Source: Chloroflexota bacterium
GTDB lineage: Bacteria; Chloroflexota; Limnocylindria; Limnocylindrales; CSP1-4
Assembly: GCA_045804885.1 (NCBI GenBank)
Contig: JBJMMH010000091.1
Location: 1 to 45,189, forward strand
Direction: 5' to 3'
DNA length: 45,189 bases
Shown: positions 27,124 to 36,806 of the stretch, piece after piece
How positions within the stretch are numbered: the first letter of the stretch is position 1
Layout of the letters: every line of letters starts with the position of its first letter
Notes under the pieces: model-generated
The model's database searches: none
Seen by the model: the letters and a program-made list of their open reading frames with translations, nothing else
What the model was told of the DNA's origin: nothing
Translations under genes and position numbers: made by a program

Positions 27124-27189
27124 ACCGTAGCCACAGCCCGCCCACGGGGGCCGAGCGCTGGTGATGAATTCCGTTGCAGTCGCGTCACA
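27124..27189 (-). promoter_or_regulatory. Direct-repeat box + -10 (small lipoprotein)
   Basis: TGTGAC-GCGAC-TGCAAC (27173-27189), 43 nt, TACGGT (27124-27129). Confidence 0.75.
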
Positions 27190-27235
27190 GGGCCGACCAT
27201 TCGTACGCGGTGACGGTTGGCAACGCCTGGCCGGC

Positions 27236-27303
27236 CGTGACACGAGCGTGATAGACGCCTGTCGTGACGCCGGGCGCGGATGGCACCGAGGCGGTCCGAT
27301 GCT
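27236..27303 (+). promoter_or_regulatory. Direct-repeat box + possible -10 (microprotein-corA operon)
   Basis: CGTGAC-ACGAG-CGTGAT (27236-27252), 45 nt, GATGCT (27298-27303). Confidence 0.5.
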
Positions 27304-27376
27304 CCGGCTCATCGACGCCGCCCTCACCGGTGCGCCGTCGACCAAGTGTCGCCGGGCAGCCTACGAGGGAAACGAG

Positions 27377-27505
27377 ATGTTGAGAATTCAGCCGGCGAGT
27401 GCCGAGCGCGAGGACGCGCCGGATGACCCGGCCATGCACATAATCGAGGTCGGACTGGCGATCGTCGCGATCGTCGCCGCGGGGATCCTCGCCCTGCTCC
27501 GATGA
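27377..27505 (+). CDS. 42-aa single-TM microprotein coupled to corA
   Basis: GAGGG SD and a C-terminal TM (IIEVGLAIVAIVAAGILALLR). ATGA overlap with the corA start. Confidence 0.6.
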   Translation: MLRIQPASAEREDAPDDPAMHIIEVGLAIVAIVAAGILALLR

Positions 27506-28470
27506 CCGCGCGCGCGCGCCTCTACGACGCGCGCGGCGTAGACCGGGACGTTCCGATCGCCGAGATCAGGGCGAGCAAGGCCGACGATCGGACCCTGCTC
27601 TGGATCGACGTCGACGACCGCGGCGATGACCAGATCGACGAGGTCGCGAAGGCCCTCGAGCTCGAGCCGACCATCGTCCGCCAGCTGGGTCGCGAACGAC
27701 GGCGTCCGCGAATCATTCGCCAGCCCAACCGCATCGCCATGACCCTGATCGCGGTCGAAGAGGACGACACGGGAGCGCTCGTTCTCAGGGATCTCGACCT
27801 CGTCGCGGGCCGGAACCTCATCGTGACGGTCCACGACGGCCCCCTTGCCGCGGTCGAGGAGTTCCAGCAGCAGCTCAGCGGCGAACGCGAGCTTGGCCTG
27901 CTCGACGCCGGCGCGTTCCTGACCGGTTTGATCGACTCGGTCCTGGCCGGCTACCTCCGCGAAGTCGAGGCGGTCGAGCGCGAGATCGACAAGCTGGACG
28001 AGATCGCCCTGCGGATGGACAGGGGCGACGACGACTTCCTGTCGATGGTGGTGACGCTCCGCCACCGGATCGCGCTCCTCCGCCGGTCCCTCGCGCCGAA
28101 CCGGGAAGCGGTCACGCCGCTCGTTCGTCCTGACTTCGAAGTCGCGAAGGGCGATATCGTCCGGCCGTGGCCCGGCCTCGTCGATCGGCTTGAGCAGACG
28201 ATCTCGGCCGTCGAGAATGCCCGCGAGCTGCTCGTGGGCTCGTTCGACATCTACCTGGGCCGGGCGGCCCACCGCTCGAATGCCGTCATGAAGACGCTGA
28301 CGATCATCTCGGCCATCGCCCTGCCGGCCGTCGTCCTCGCCGGCGTCATGGGCATGAACTTCCACCTCGAGTTCTTCGATACGCCCGAGAACTTCTACAT
28401 CGTGCTCATGCTGATGGCCTTGTTCGCATCGGCGATCCTGCTAATCGCCCGCTGGCGACACTGGGTCTGA
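27502..28470 (+). CDS. corA: CorA-family divalent cation transporter
   Basis: LWID, N.VMKTLT, GMN signature (GVMGMNF) and two C-terminal TM helices. Confidence 0.92.
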   Translation: MTARARLYDARGVDRDVPIAEIRASKADDRTLLWIDVDDRGDDQIDEVAKALELEPTIVRQLGRERRRPRIIRQPNRIAMTLIAVEEDDTGALVLRDLDLVAGRNLIVTVHDGPLAAVEEFQQQLSGERELGLLDAGAFLTGLIDSVLAGYLREVEAVEREIDKLDEIALRMDRGDDDFLSMVVTLRHRIALLRRSLAPNREAVTPLVRPDFEVAKGDIVRPWPGLVDRLEQTISAVENARELLVGSFDIYLGRAAHRSNAVMKTLTIISAIALPAVVLAGVMGMNFHLEFFDTPENFYIVLMLMALFASAILLIARWRHWV

Positions 28471-28473
28471 GCC

Positions 28474-31400
28474 TCAGACCTCCTCGGCCATCACACGCAG
28501 CGTGAACGCGAACTCGGACCCGCCGTCCGGCAGCGGGCTCGCCCAGATCCGGCCGCCCATCGCCCGGATCAGCCGGGCGCAGACGAACAGGCCGATGCCC
28601 GCGCCAGCGGCGGTCGCCGCTGTGCCGCGCGACCTGAAGAAGAGCTCGAAGACGCGGTCGACCTCTTCCTCCGGGAAGCCTGGACCGTCGTCGATGACGC
28701 GAACCGTGACCTCCTCGGCGTCCGAGTCGACGTCCACCCGGACGGTCGTCCCGACGCCGCCGTATTTCGCGGCGTTCGAGAGCAGGTTCCGGACGACCTG
28801 CTCGACATAGGTCGGGTCGGCGATCGCCGTCGGCAACCCGGGCCGCATGTTGAGCTCGAACGTCACGCCCGGCCACCGTGCCCGCTCCGAGCGGATCACG
28901 GCCGGGAGGATCCGCTGGACGAGAACCGGCTCTGTGCCGACGTCCCCCTCGTCCTCGCCAAAGCGGGTCATTGCGATGACGTCCTCGACGAGGCGGTGGA
29001 GCCGCTCCGATTCGACGACGATGTCGGAGAAGATCTCCCGGCGGGTTTCGTCGGGAAGCTGGTCCCCGTCCCTGGAGAGGACCTTCGAGCCGGCGTAGAT
29101 CGTGGTCACGGGCGTTCGCAGCTCGTGTGACAGAACGCCGATGAAGGTGTCGCGTATCGCCTGCGCCTTGCGCCCCGCCGTGACGTCGCGAAGCATCACG
29201 ATCGTCTCCGGCGGTGGCTCGCCGCCGTCCCCGTCGTCGGGCTCCCGGACGACGGGGTAGGTGCTCAGCTCGATCCAACGCTCCTCGGGAGCGCGTGCCC
29301 GGAGCTCGACCGGAGCGCCGATCTCGCCGAGGCGCGGCGCCTCGCCTTCCGGGTCGTCGACCTGCTCGAGGATCTCCTCGTACGTCTGCTCGTGGACGTC
29401 GGGGAACATCGCCTCGGCGGCCGGGTTGGAAAGGCTGATCCGGCCGTCCGCGTCGCACACGAAGATGCCATCCCCGATCGCCCGGATCACCGCGTTGAGC
29501 TCCGCCGCGCGAGCGTGCTCCGACTCGGCCAGCCGGCGAAGGTTGGCCTGGGCCTCGAGCCGATCGCCGACGTCGCGCGCGACGGCCACGATCCGGCCGA
29601 CCTCGCCGGCCGGCGTCACGTGCTGGAGCAGGACCTCGACAGGGACCGTGCGGCCGTCCTTGTGGCGGTACGACAGCGTCGCGGTCCGAGCGTCCATCGT
29701 CCCAGTCACGAGCGGCTCGACGAGGCCACGCAGGCCGATCGCGTCGAGCTCGACGACGACCTTCGTCGCGTCGGCCCCGACGAGATCCTCGGCGGCGTAT
29801 CCCAGCTGGTCCTGGACACCCTGGTTGACGTACGAGATCCGGAGCGTCGCCGGGTCGAAGACCACCACCGCATCGAGCGTCGCGTCGAGCACCCGCTTGT
29901 AGCGGACGGCCTCCCGGAACGCCTTCGCGTTGGAGATCGCGAGCGCGACCCGGGCGGCGAGGTTCTCGGCGAAGCCGACATCCTCCGGTCCGAACCGGCG
30001 GCCGCTCTCGGCGGCGACGAGCGTGATCGCCCCGAGGGTCTGATCGCCGGCGACGATCGGGACGCAGAGCCAGGATCGGAGCCCCAGCCAGCGAATGATC
30101 TCGAGCTGCTCTTCATCGACCGCGGCGGCCGCAAGCATCTCGTCGGTGACCTCGAAGTCCATGTCCGGCTGCCCCGTCCGAAGGACGTAGGCGGTGCCTC
30201 GCGGCGCATCGGGGTCCGGCGGGTAGCGTTCCGCGAGCTCCAGCGCCTTCGCCACCTTCGCCGGGTCGTCGTGAGCCACCGCCAAACGACGTGGCACACC
30301 CTTGTCGTCGAGGACGTCGACCGCGACCCAGTCGGCGATCGTTGGCACGACGGTCTCGGCTACGCGCCGGATCGTATCCTCGTAGTCGAGCGACGATGCG
30401 AAGACCTCCGACGCTGTCGTGAGAATCCGCCGGTTCTCGCGGGCGAGCCGGACGGCCGAGATGTCGATGATCGTGGCGACGCCGGCGACGACGCCGCCGT
30501 CGCGGTCGAGCACAGGACCGGCCCGCTTGGCGACCCAGGTGCGGCTGCCATCGGGTCGTTCGAGCTCGATCTCCTGGTAGGGCACGGTCTCACCACGGAC
30601 CGCCCGGGCCAGTGGCCAGTCCTCGGGCTGCAGCTCGCGGCCGCTCTCGTCGTATCCGCGATACGCCTCGCCGCCGGCGATCCGGTGTAGAAGCTCGGCC
30701 TTGGGAATCCGGACGATCTCCTCGATGCGGTCGTTCGCGAGGACGATGCGGCCGGTCGGAGCTTCCGCGATCAGGAGGCCCTCGGGGGCCTGCTGGAGGA
30801 GCTCCTCGAGCCGCGCCCGCTCGGCCTCGAGGTCACCGACGAGCCGCTCCCGGATGTTCGTCAGCGCCACGCGGGCGAGAGCCTGCGCGCACAAGTCGGC
30901 GTATGCGCCGATATGGTTGCGTTCGACCTCGGTGAACGCGCGGGTCTCGGCGAACGACAGGCCCAGCGCGCCAAAGGTGATGCCGTCCGCGATGAGCGGC
31001 ACAGCGCATACCGAGCGGTTGGGGGACGACGCGATGACCGACGCTCCGAGCTCGTCGTCGGCCTCCGCCTCGCGCAAATCGCTCAGCCAGACGGGTGTCG
31101 CCGTCCGGGTCGCGACTGCGAGCGGCAGCCGCGAATCAAGGGGGATCGACCCCATCGACGCAACCGAATCCGGGTCGTAGCCGACGGCCTCGACGACGGA
31201 CAGGCCGGGCTCACCGAGGATCGCCATGACGCTGCCACTCGCCCCGAACGCCTCTCGGCCCTCCCGGACGATCAGGGCGACGACGCCGTCCCGCGTGGAC
31301 TCCGTAGCGAGCTCGCGGGTGACGCGCTGCAGCCGTTCGAGGCGCTCTGCCGCGCCCTCAGCTGCCCGCCGCGCTTCCTGCTCAGCGGCGTGCACCTGGG

Positions 31401-32742
31401 CGTTCGAGATCGCAAGGGCGGCGCGCTGCGCGAGCTCCGCGGTGACGTCGAGATCGGCGCTCGTGTACGCCCGATCCGGACCAACCCCGAAGAACATCGC
31501 GCCGATAGCCTCACCCTTGGCGAGCAGCGGCTGGACGATCATGCTCCGGGCGTCGATGGCCGTGACGATGGCGGCAAGGTCGTCGACCTCGCCGGTCGCC
31601 CGACGGAGATCGACGGGGTCGTTCAGGTTCTCGACCAGGACGGGCCGATGGGTCCGGACGACGCGAGCCGCCGGCTCCCTCGAGGCGGCCCCGATCGGGA
31701 GGTCGCCGATCGGGTCGAGGATTGCCTGCCGGACCGCATCGGCGGCGACCGCGGCCACAGGCCTGAGGGAGCCATCGGGATCGACGAGGTCGATCAGGCA
31801 CCAATCGGCAAGGTCCGGAATCCCAACTGCGGCTGCCGCCTCGATCGTCCCGGCGAGATCGCTCGATTCGTCGAGCCGAAGGCCGGCGTCGGCGACGAGG
31901 CGAGCCAGCTCGGCTGCGCGCTTCCGGCTCGAGCGCTCTTCATCGATGTCCGTGGCGGTTCCGATCCAGCCCTCGAGGACGCCGCCTTCACGGCACCGCG
32001 GGACGATCCGGACGACATGCCAGCGGTACGTGCCATCGTGGCGGCGGAGGCGGACCGTCGCGTCGAGAGACTCCTCCGCCGACTGCGCCGTCGACCAGGC
32101 CGCCTCGAGCTCGGCTCGGTCCTCGCCGTGGACGTGATCCAAGGACGGGAATCTGCCACTGGCCGCGATCGCGCCCGTGTAGGCGAACCAGCGGCCGTTC
32201 GCCGCTGCCAGGTGCCCCTCGGGATCCGACAGCCAGGCTACGACGGGCAGCGCCTCGACGATCTCACGGTAGCGGCGCTCGCCCGCGAGGCTGGCCTGCC
32301 CGGCCTCGATCTGCGAGGTCATCTCGTGGAACGTCGAGACCACGAACCGCTCGCCGTGCGGCGCGCCGTCCACAAGCCGCCCACGGACCAGGGACCAGCG
32401 CATGACGCCGGTGTGGCGATGCCGAAAGCCGACGACGAGCGGGTCCGGACGGTCGCCCGCGAGCACCCGCCGGCCAGGGAGGCGAGCCGGATCGAGCGCT
32501 GCCCCGGACTCGTCGACGATGTCGAACCGATCCAGCGTCTCCTGCGGAGAGGCCGCGAGCATCTCCTCGGGGCTCGCCCAGCCGCACAGCTCCGCCGCCT
32601 CCTGGTTCGCGAACACGACTCGGAGGTTCGTGTCCTGGACGGTGATGCCCGCGTCGATCGCCTCGAGGATCCAGGCCATCGGCTCGCCGAGCAACATCGG
32701 CGCTCCAGTCGCGTCCTGTGGCTCGACGACTCGCTGGCCCAC
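28474..32742 (-). CDS. Large cytoplasmic multi-PAS/GAF sensor histidine kinase
   Basis: About five PAS and three GAF segments. SHELRTP H-box; intact NLLSNAAKY, DDGPG, FELF and GAGIGL boxes. No TM helix seen. Confidence 0.95.
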   Translation of the reverse strand: MGQRVVEPQDATGAPMLLGEPMAWILEAIDAGITVQDTNLRVVFANQEAAELCGWASPEEMLAASPQETLDRFDIVDESGAALDPARLPGRRVLAGDRPDPLVVGFRHRHTGVMRWSLVRGRLVDGAPHGERFVVSTFHEMTSQIEAGQASLAGERRYREIVEALPVVAWLSDPEGHLAAANGRWFAYTGAIAASGRFPSLDHVHGEDRAELEAAWSTAQSAEESLDATVRLRRHDGTYRWHVVRIVPRCREGGVLEGWIGTATDIDEERSSRKRAAELARLVADAGLRLDESSDLAGTIEAAAAVGIPDLADWCLIDLVDPDGSLRPVAAVAADAVRQAILDPIGDLPIGAASREPAARVVRTHRPVLVENLNDPVDLRRATGEVDDLAAIVTAIDARSMIVQPLLAKGEAIGAMFFGVGPDRAYTSADLDVTAELAQRAALAISNAQVHAAEQEARRAAEGAAERLERLQRVTRELATESTRDGVVALIVREGREAFGASGSVMAILGEPGLSVVEAVGYDPDSVASMGSIPLDSRLPLAVATRTATPVWLSDLREAEADDELGASVIASSPNRSVCAVPLIADGITFGALGLSFAETRAFTEVERNHIGAYADLCAQALARVALTNIRERLVGDLEAERARLEELLQQAPEGLLIAEAPTGRIVLANDRIEEIVRIPKAELLHRIAGGEAYRGYDESGRELQPEDWPLARAVRGETVPYQEIELERPDGSRTWVAKRAGPVLDRDGGVVAGVATIIDISAVRLARENRRILTTASEVFASSLDYEDTIRRVAETVVPTIADWVAVDVLDDKGVPRRLAVAHDDPAKVAKALELAERYPPDPDAPRGTAYVLRTGQPDMDFEVTDEMLAAAAVDEEQLEIIRWLGLRSWLCVPIVAGDQTLGAITLVAAESGRRFGPEDVGFAENLAARVALAISNAKAFREAVRYKRVLDATLDAVVVFDPATLRISYVNQGVQDQLGYAAEDLVGADATKVVVELDAIGLRGLVEPLVTGTMDARTATLSYRHKDGRTVPVEVLLQHVTPAGEVGRIVAVARDVGDRLEAQANLRRLAESEHARAAELNAVIRAIGDGIFVCDADGRISLSNPAAEAMFPDVHEQTYEEILEQVDDPEGEAPRLGEIGAPVELRARAPEERWIELSTYPVVREPDDGDGGEPPPETIVMLRDVTAGRKAQAIRDTFIGVLSHELRTPVTTIYAGSKVLSRDGDQLPDETRREIFSDIVVESERLHRLVEDVIAMTRFGEDEGDVGTEPVLVQRILPAVIRSERARWPGVTFELNMRPGLPTAIADPTYVEQVVRNLLSNAAKYGGVGTTVRVDVDSDAEEVTVRVIDDGPGFPEEEVDRVFELFFRSRGTAATAAGAGIGLFVCARLIRAMGGRIWASPLPDGGSEFAFTLRVMAEEV

Positions 32743-32838
32743 GTTCCCTCACGCGCACGAAACAACCCACCGGGACAGGCGGGGAGGCTAGTGACGCACC
32801 GGGTGGATTACGCGGCCGCAGCGCGTACCGAGGACTGT

Positions 32839-32855
32839 CTTGCAGCGGCGTTACA
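32839..32855 (-). promoter_or_regulatory. Direct-repeat box upstream of the large kinase
   Basis: TGTAAC-GCCGC-TGCAAG; its first 13 nt are identical to the 22560 box. Nearest good -10, TAGCCT (32785-32790), is 48 nt away. Confidence 0.65.
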
Positions 32856-32869
32856 GCGCGTCGCGCCGC

Positions 32870-34105
32870 TCAGTCGGAGGCCGGTGCCTGCTTGGGCATT
32901 GATGGCGGCGCGTCGGCGGGTCGCTCCTCACGGCGGTCGGCCGACTTCCTGGCCCGCTCCGTCCGCCCCGAGCGCTCCGCCCGCGTCCCGGATGACCTCG
33001 CCGTCGCGCCCGCCGAGAGCGAGTCGTCATCGGCCTCGTTGCGGTCCGGGGCGGAGGCCGGATCCTGCGCGACCGGGACTTCGCGCGCCTGGAGTCCCTC
33101 GATGAGGACCTCGACGGTGGCCGCGATCGGGACGGCCAGGAGCGCGCCGACGAAGCCGCCGGCGGCCGCACCCGCGAGGACGCTGAAGAGGACGAGGAAC
33201 GGCGAGATGCCGACCGTGTTCCGCATCACGATCGGCACGAGGACGTTGCCCTCGATGAGCTGGAGGACGACGTAGACGCCGACGACGGCGAGCGCGAGCT
33301 GGGGTGAGACGGTGAGCGCCACGATCACCGCGGGGATCGCCCCGAGGAGCGGTCCGATGATCGGGATCGCCTCGGCGAGGGCCGTGATCAGGCCGAGGAG
33401 GAGCGCGGACGGTACCCCAAGGAGGGTGTACGCCACGGCCGTCCCGATCCCGATCGTCGCCATGAGGATCAGCTGGCCGCGGACCCACCGGCCCAGCCGC
33501 GTCTCGGCCGTATTCCAGACGTCGCGTGCCCGCGCCCGTCGGCCGGGGGGCACGAACGCGAGGGCGTAGCGCTGGAGCCGGGCGTGCTCTGTCAGCCAGA
33601 AGTAGACGACGGTCAGCAGCGTCAGGATCGACATGACGGCGGCCGCGATCGAGATCCCGACGGCGACGACCTCCTCGCCTGCGGGCGGGACGTCGGTCTG
33701 AGGCAGGGACCGTGCCGCGACCGTGATCACGGACGTGACCGTCCGGCCGACGATCGCCGGCTGGAGCGTCCCTGCCCAATCTCGCGCCTGCTCGAGGAAC
33801 GGCGGCAGCGCCCCGACCGCGTCGCCGAACTGGTCGACCGCGGCCGGAACCACGACCAGGGCGAACCCGATCACGATCGCCAGGAACATCCCGTAGACGA
33901 GCAGGATCGCGGCGCCGCGGCCGATGCGCAGGTAGCCGCGGAGCCACGACACGATGGGCTGCAGGCCCGCGGCGAGGATGACGGCGACGAACATCAGTAC
34001 GAGCACGGCGCCGGCCGCCCACGCGAAGGCGAGAACCGCGACGACCAGCGCCACGCCGATCGCCACGCCGGCGCCTCGCAGAATCCACGGGGCGAGTCCC
34101 GTCAT
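32870..34105 (-). CDS. AI-2E family (UPF0118/PerM) transporter
   Basis: Multiple TM helices; WVRGQL, IPIIGP, QLIEGNVLVP, GALLAVP. Confidence 0.92.
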   Translation of the reverse strand: MTGLAPWILRGAGVAIGVALVVAVLAFAWAAGAVLVLMFVAVILAAGLQPIVSWLRGYLRIGRGAAILLVYGMFLAIVIGFALVVVPAAVDQFGDAVGALPPFLEQARDWAGTLQPAIVGRTVTSVITVAARSLPQTDVPPAGEEVVAVGISIAAAVMSILTLLTVVYFWLTEHARLQRYALAFVPPGRRARARDVWNTAETRLGRWVRGQLILMATIGIGTAVAYTLLGVPSALLLGLITALAEAIPIIGPLLGAIPAVIVALTVSPQLALAVVGVYVVLQLIEGNVLVPIVMRNTVGISPFLVLFSVLAGAAAGGFVGALLAVPIAATVEVLIEGLQAREVPVAQDPASAPDRNEADDDSLSAGATARSSGTRAERSGRTERARKSADRREERPADAPPSMPKQAPASD

Positions 34106-34112
34106 GGCCGCA

Positions 34113-36800
34113 TCACGGTTTCGGTTTGGCCGTCGGCGCAGGGTCGTTGCCGCCGCCGCCACCGCCGCCGTCGCCTCCGCCGCCGGGGGGCGGGCTGCCG
34201 TGGCCCGGCGGTTCCTCCTTCGGCGGCTGCGGCGCCGGCTTCGGCTTGGGCTTGGGCTTGTAGCAGGGCCCGACGATCGTTCCGCCCCACGATCGCTTGC
34301 TCCAGAAATACGCCGTCCGCGAGTCGTGCGGGCCCCTGACGCCTGGACCCCGGCGTGCTCGCACCAGCCAGTTCTCGACGTCGCCGTCCCACGCTCGCGG
34401 TCCCAGCTCCGCCTTGAGCGGGTCGACCCGCCAGCCGCCGCAGGCTGCCCTGTAGAGGAGCCCGTCCCGGTCGATCGCGTGTCGTCCACCGGGCTGGGTG
34501 CCGCTGATGAACAGCTCCTTGACCCGGTCGCGCGTCCACGGCCCGACCCGCCCACCGGACCACGCATCGATCGTCGCCGACACGATGCCCTTGGGTTTCG
34601 CGAAATTCGTGATCGGCGTCTTGGCCGTCACGTCGCGGACGAAGGAGCGCCAGAGCGGCGCCGCGGCGGTCAGCGAGATCGCCGGCTTCCGGGAAACCGG
34701 GTTGGAGTGATCGCTGTTGCCGAGCCAGACCCCGACCGCGAGTGCCGGCGCCGCGGCGTCCTTCGGCGGCGGGAGATAGCCGTACGTCGCCAGGTCGCGC
34801 GCCTCGTTCGCCGTTCCCGTCTTGACTGCGGCCGGCCGGTGCTCCCCTTTGGGGCCGTTTCGGAGCTCCAGGGCGGCCGACCAGATCGGGTTCTGGCGGG
34901 GGTCGGTGTTGCCGGCGAGGATGTTCGTAACGAGGTAGGCCGCCTGCGGACTCACGGCCTGGACCGCCTCGGGATCCGGTGCCTTGTAGATCGTCCTGCC
35001 TGACGAATCGCGGACCTCGAGGATCATCCGCGTGGGAACGTGGGCGCCGCCATTGGCGAGCGCGCCGTAGGCCGACGTGAGGTCGAGCGGCCGCACTTCG
35101 ACCGTCCCGAGTGCTCCCGCAAGCCCGGCCTGGAGATAGGCGTCGCGACCGCCATGGAAGCGGATGCCCATCGCCTGGGCGCGGTCGGCGACGGCCTCGC
35201 TGCCGGTCCGGGCGAGCGCCCGGATCGCCGGAATGTTGAGCGAGTACTGAAGGGCCTTTCGGACGAGGACGGGACCGCGCTCGAGCTGGTCGGCGTCGCG
35301 TGGCGCCCAGTCCTCTCGGCGGTTGAACTCCGTCGTGATATCGAGGAGGAGGCTGCCCGGTGTGAGCTTGCCCGTGTCGAAGGCGCTCGCATACAGGATC
35401 GGCTTCCAGGCAGACCCGGGCTGACGCTCGCCGTCGCCGGCGACGTCGTACTTGGGTTCGAACTTGCGGGTGGCGAGCGATTCTTCGTAGTAGCCCGCGC
35501 TGCCGGCGTACGCGACGACGTCACCGGTGCGGTAGTCGAGGGCTACGAGCGAGCCGTTGTGGAGGTCCTTCCCGCGCAGCGCATTGATCCAGCGCCGGTC
35601 GGAGGAGCCGATCTTCAAGCTCCTGAGGAGCCGTGCGCTCGACGCGCGCTTGAGATTCGGTGCGATAACCGCGGCCTTCAGCCAGCGTTCGGCCTGTTGC
35701 TGCATCTTCCAGTCGAGCGTCGTGATCACCGTGTAGCCGCCCGTCTCGATTGGTGGCCCGTCGCCGACGATCGCCTCGAGCTGGCGGCGGACCTGCCACG
35801 TGAAATGTGGCGCCTGGAAGGCGATCGGCTGGTCTCCGGCGAGGACGACCGGCTCTGCGAGCGCCGCCGCGAGGGCCGCCGGCGAGAGCGTCGTCCAGCG
35901 CGACGTCGAGAGGTTCTGGAGGATGTAGTTCCGGCGCGCGACCGGCGGCGCGGACGCCGGCACGACGAGCTTGCCGTCGGCATCGCGGACGGCGTACCGG
36001 TAGGGGTCGAGGGTGGATGGCGACTTGGGCAGACCCGCCAGCAACGTCGCCTGGGCGGGCGTCAGATCGGCGAGGTCGCCGACGCCGAAGTAGATCTGGG
36101 CGGCGGCGGCGATGCCGTAGGCGTCGTGGCCGTAGAAGATCTGATTGAGGTAGGCCGTGACGATCTGCTCCTTGCCGGCCTCGCCCGGGAACATGTCGGT
36201 GACGCGCGACGCCTGGAGCAGCTCCTTGGCCTTGCGGATGTAGCGGTCCGCGCCATCGGCCGTCACGTTCTCCGGCAGCAGCCGGGCCCGTACGAGCTGC
36301 TGCGTGATCGTGGACGCGCCTCTCTCGCTGTCGCCGCTCGCGTTCTGGGCGATCGCCGACACGATGGCGCCCGGATCGAACCCGGCGTTCTGCCAGAAGG
36401 TCCGGTCCTCGGCGGTCGTCGTTGCGTCGAGGACGAGCTTGGGCACGTCGTCGTACGCGACGACGCGGCGCTTCTCCTGCTGGAACAGGCCCAGTTGGAC
36501 GGTCCCGGTTCGATCGTAGACGACCGTCGGCTGGGAGAAGGTGAGCTTGCCGAGGGTTGAGGGATCCGGCAGGTCCGTCGACAGGACGGCAACGGCGGCA
36601 GTCGCAGCGAGTCCGAGGCTGCCGGCGGCGACGACGATGATGACGAGCGGGATCAGCAGGAGGACGAGGAGAATCCGGGGGCCGTTCCGCCCGGGGCGCT
36701 CGTGACGTGACGCCCGGCGCCGTACGATCGTCGCCCAGCTGGAGCCGGCGGCAAGGCGCCGCGCATAGCGCGACCGGGCATAGCCCTGACGGGTATACAC
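34113..36800 (-). CDS. Class A penicillin-binding protein (transglycosylase-transpeptidase)
   Basis: TG motifs AEDRTF, GASTITQQL, RKAKE, YLN. TP motifs SAWK, SLN, KTG. N-terminal TM and Pro/Gly tail. Probable leaderless GTG at 36800. Confidence 0.95.
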   Translation of the reverse strand: MYTRQGYARSRYARRLAAGSSWATIVRRRASRHERPGRNGPRILLVLLLIPLVIIVVAAGSLGLAATAAVAVLSTDLPDPSTLGKLTFSQPTVVYDRTGTVQLGLFQQEKRRVVAYDDVPKLVLDATTTAEDRTFWQNAGFDPGAIVSAIAQNASGDSERGASTITQQLVRARLLPENVTADGADRYIRKAKELLQASRVTDMFPGEAGKEQIVTAYLNQIFYGHDAYGIAAAAQIYFGVGDLADLTPAQATLLAGLPKSPSTLDPYRYAVRDADGKLVVPASAPPVARRNYILQNLSTSRWTTLSPAALAAALAEPVVLAGDQPIAFQAPHFTWQVRRQLEAIVGDGPPIETGGYTVITTLDWKMQQQAERWLKAAVIAPNLKRASSARLLRSLKIGSSDRRWINALRGKDLHNGSLVALDYRTGDVVAYAGSAGYYEESLATRKFEPKYDVAGDGERQPGSAWKPILYASAFDTGKLTPGSLLLDITTEFNRREDWAPRDADQLERGPVLVRKALQYSLNIPAIRALARTGSEAVADRAQAMGIRFHGGRDAYLQAGLAGALGTVEVRPLDLTSAYGALANGGAHVPTRMILEVRDSSGRTIYKAPDPEAVQAVSPQAAYLVTNILAGNTDPRQNPIWSAALELRNGPKGEHRPAAVKTGTANEARDLATYGYLPPPKDAAAPALAVGVWLGNSDHSNPVSRKPAISLTAAAPLWRSFVRDVTAKTPITNFAKPKGIVSATIDAWSGGRVGPWTRDRVKELFISGTQPGGRHAIDRDGLLYRAACGGWRVDPLKAELGPRAWDGDVENWLVRARRGPGVRGPHDSRTAYFWSKRSWGGTIVGPCYKPKPKPKPAPQPPKEEPPGHGSPPPGGGGDGGGGGGGNDPAPTAKPKP

Positions 36801-36806
36801 CGCGGG

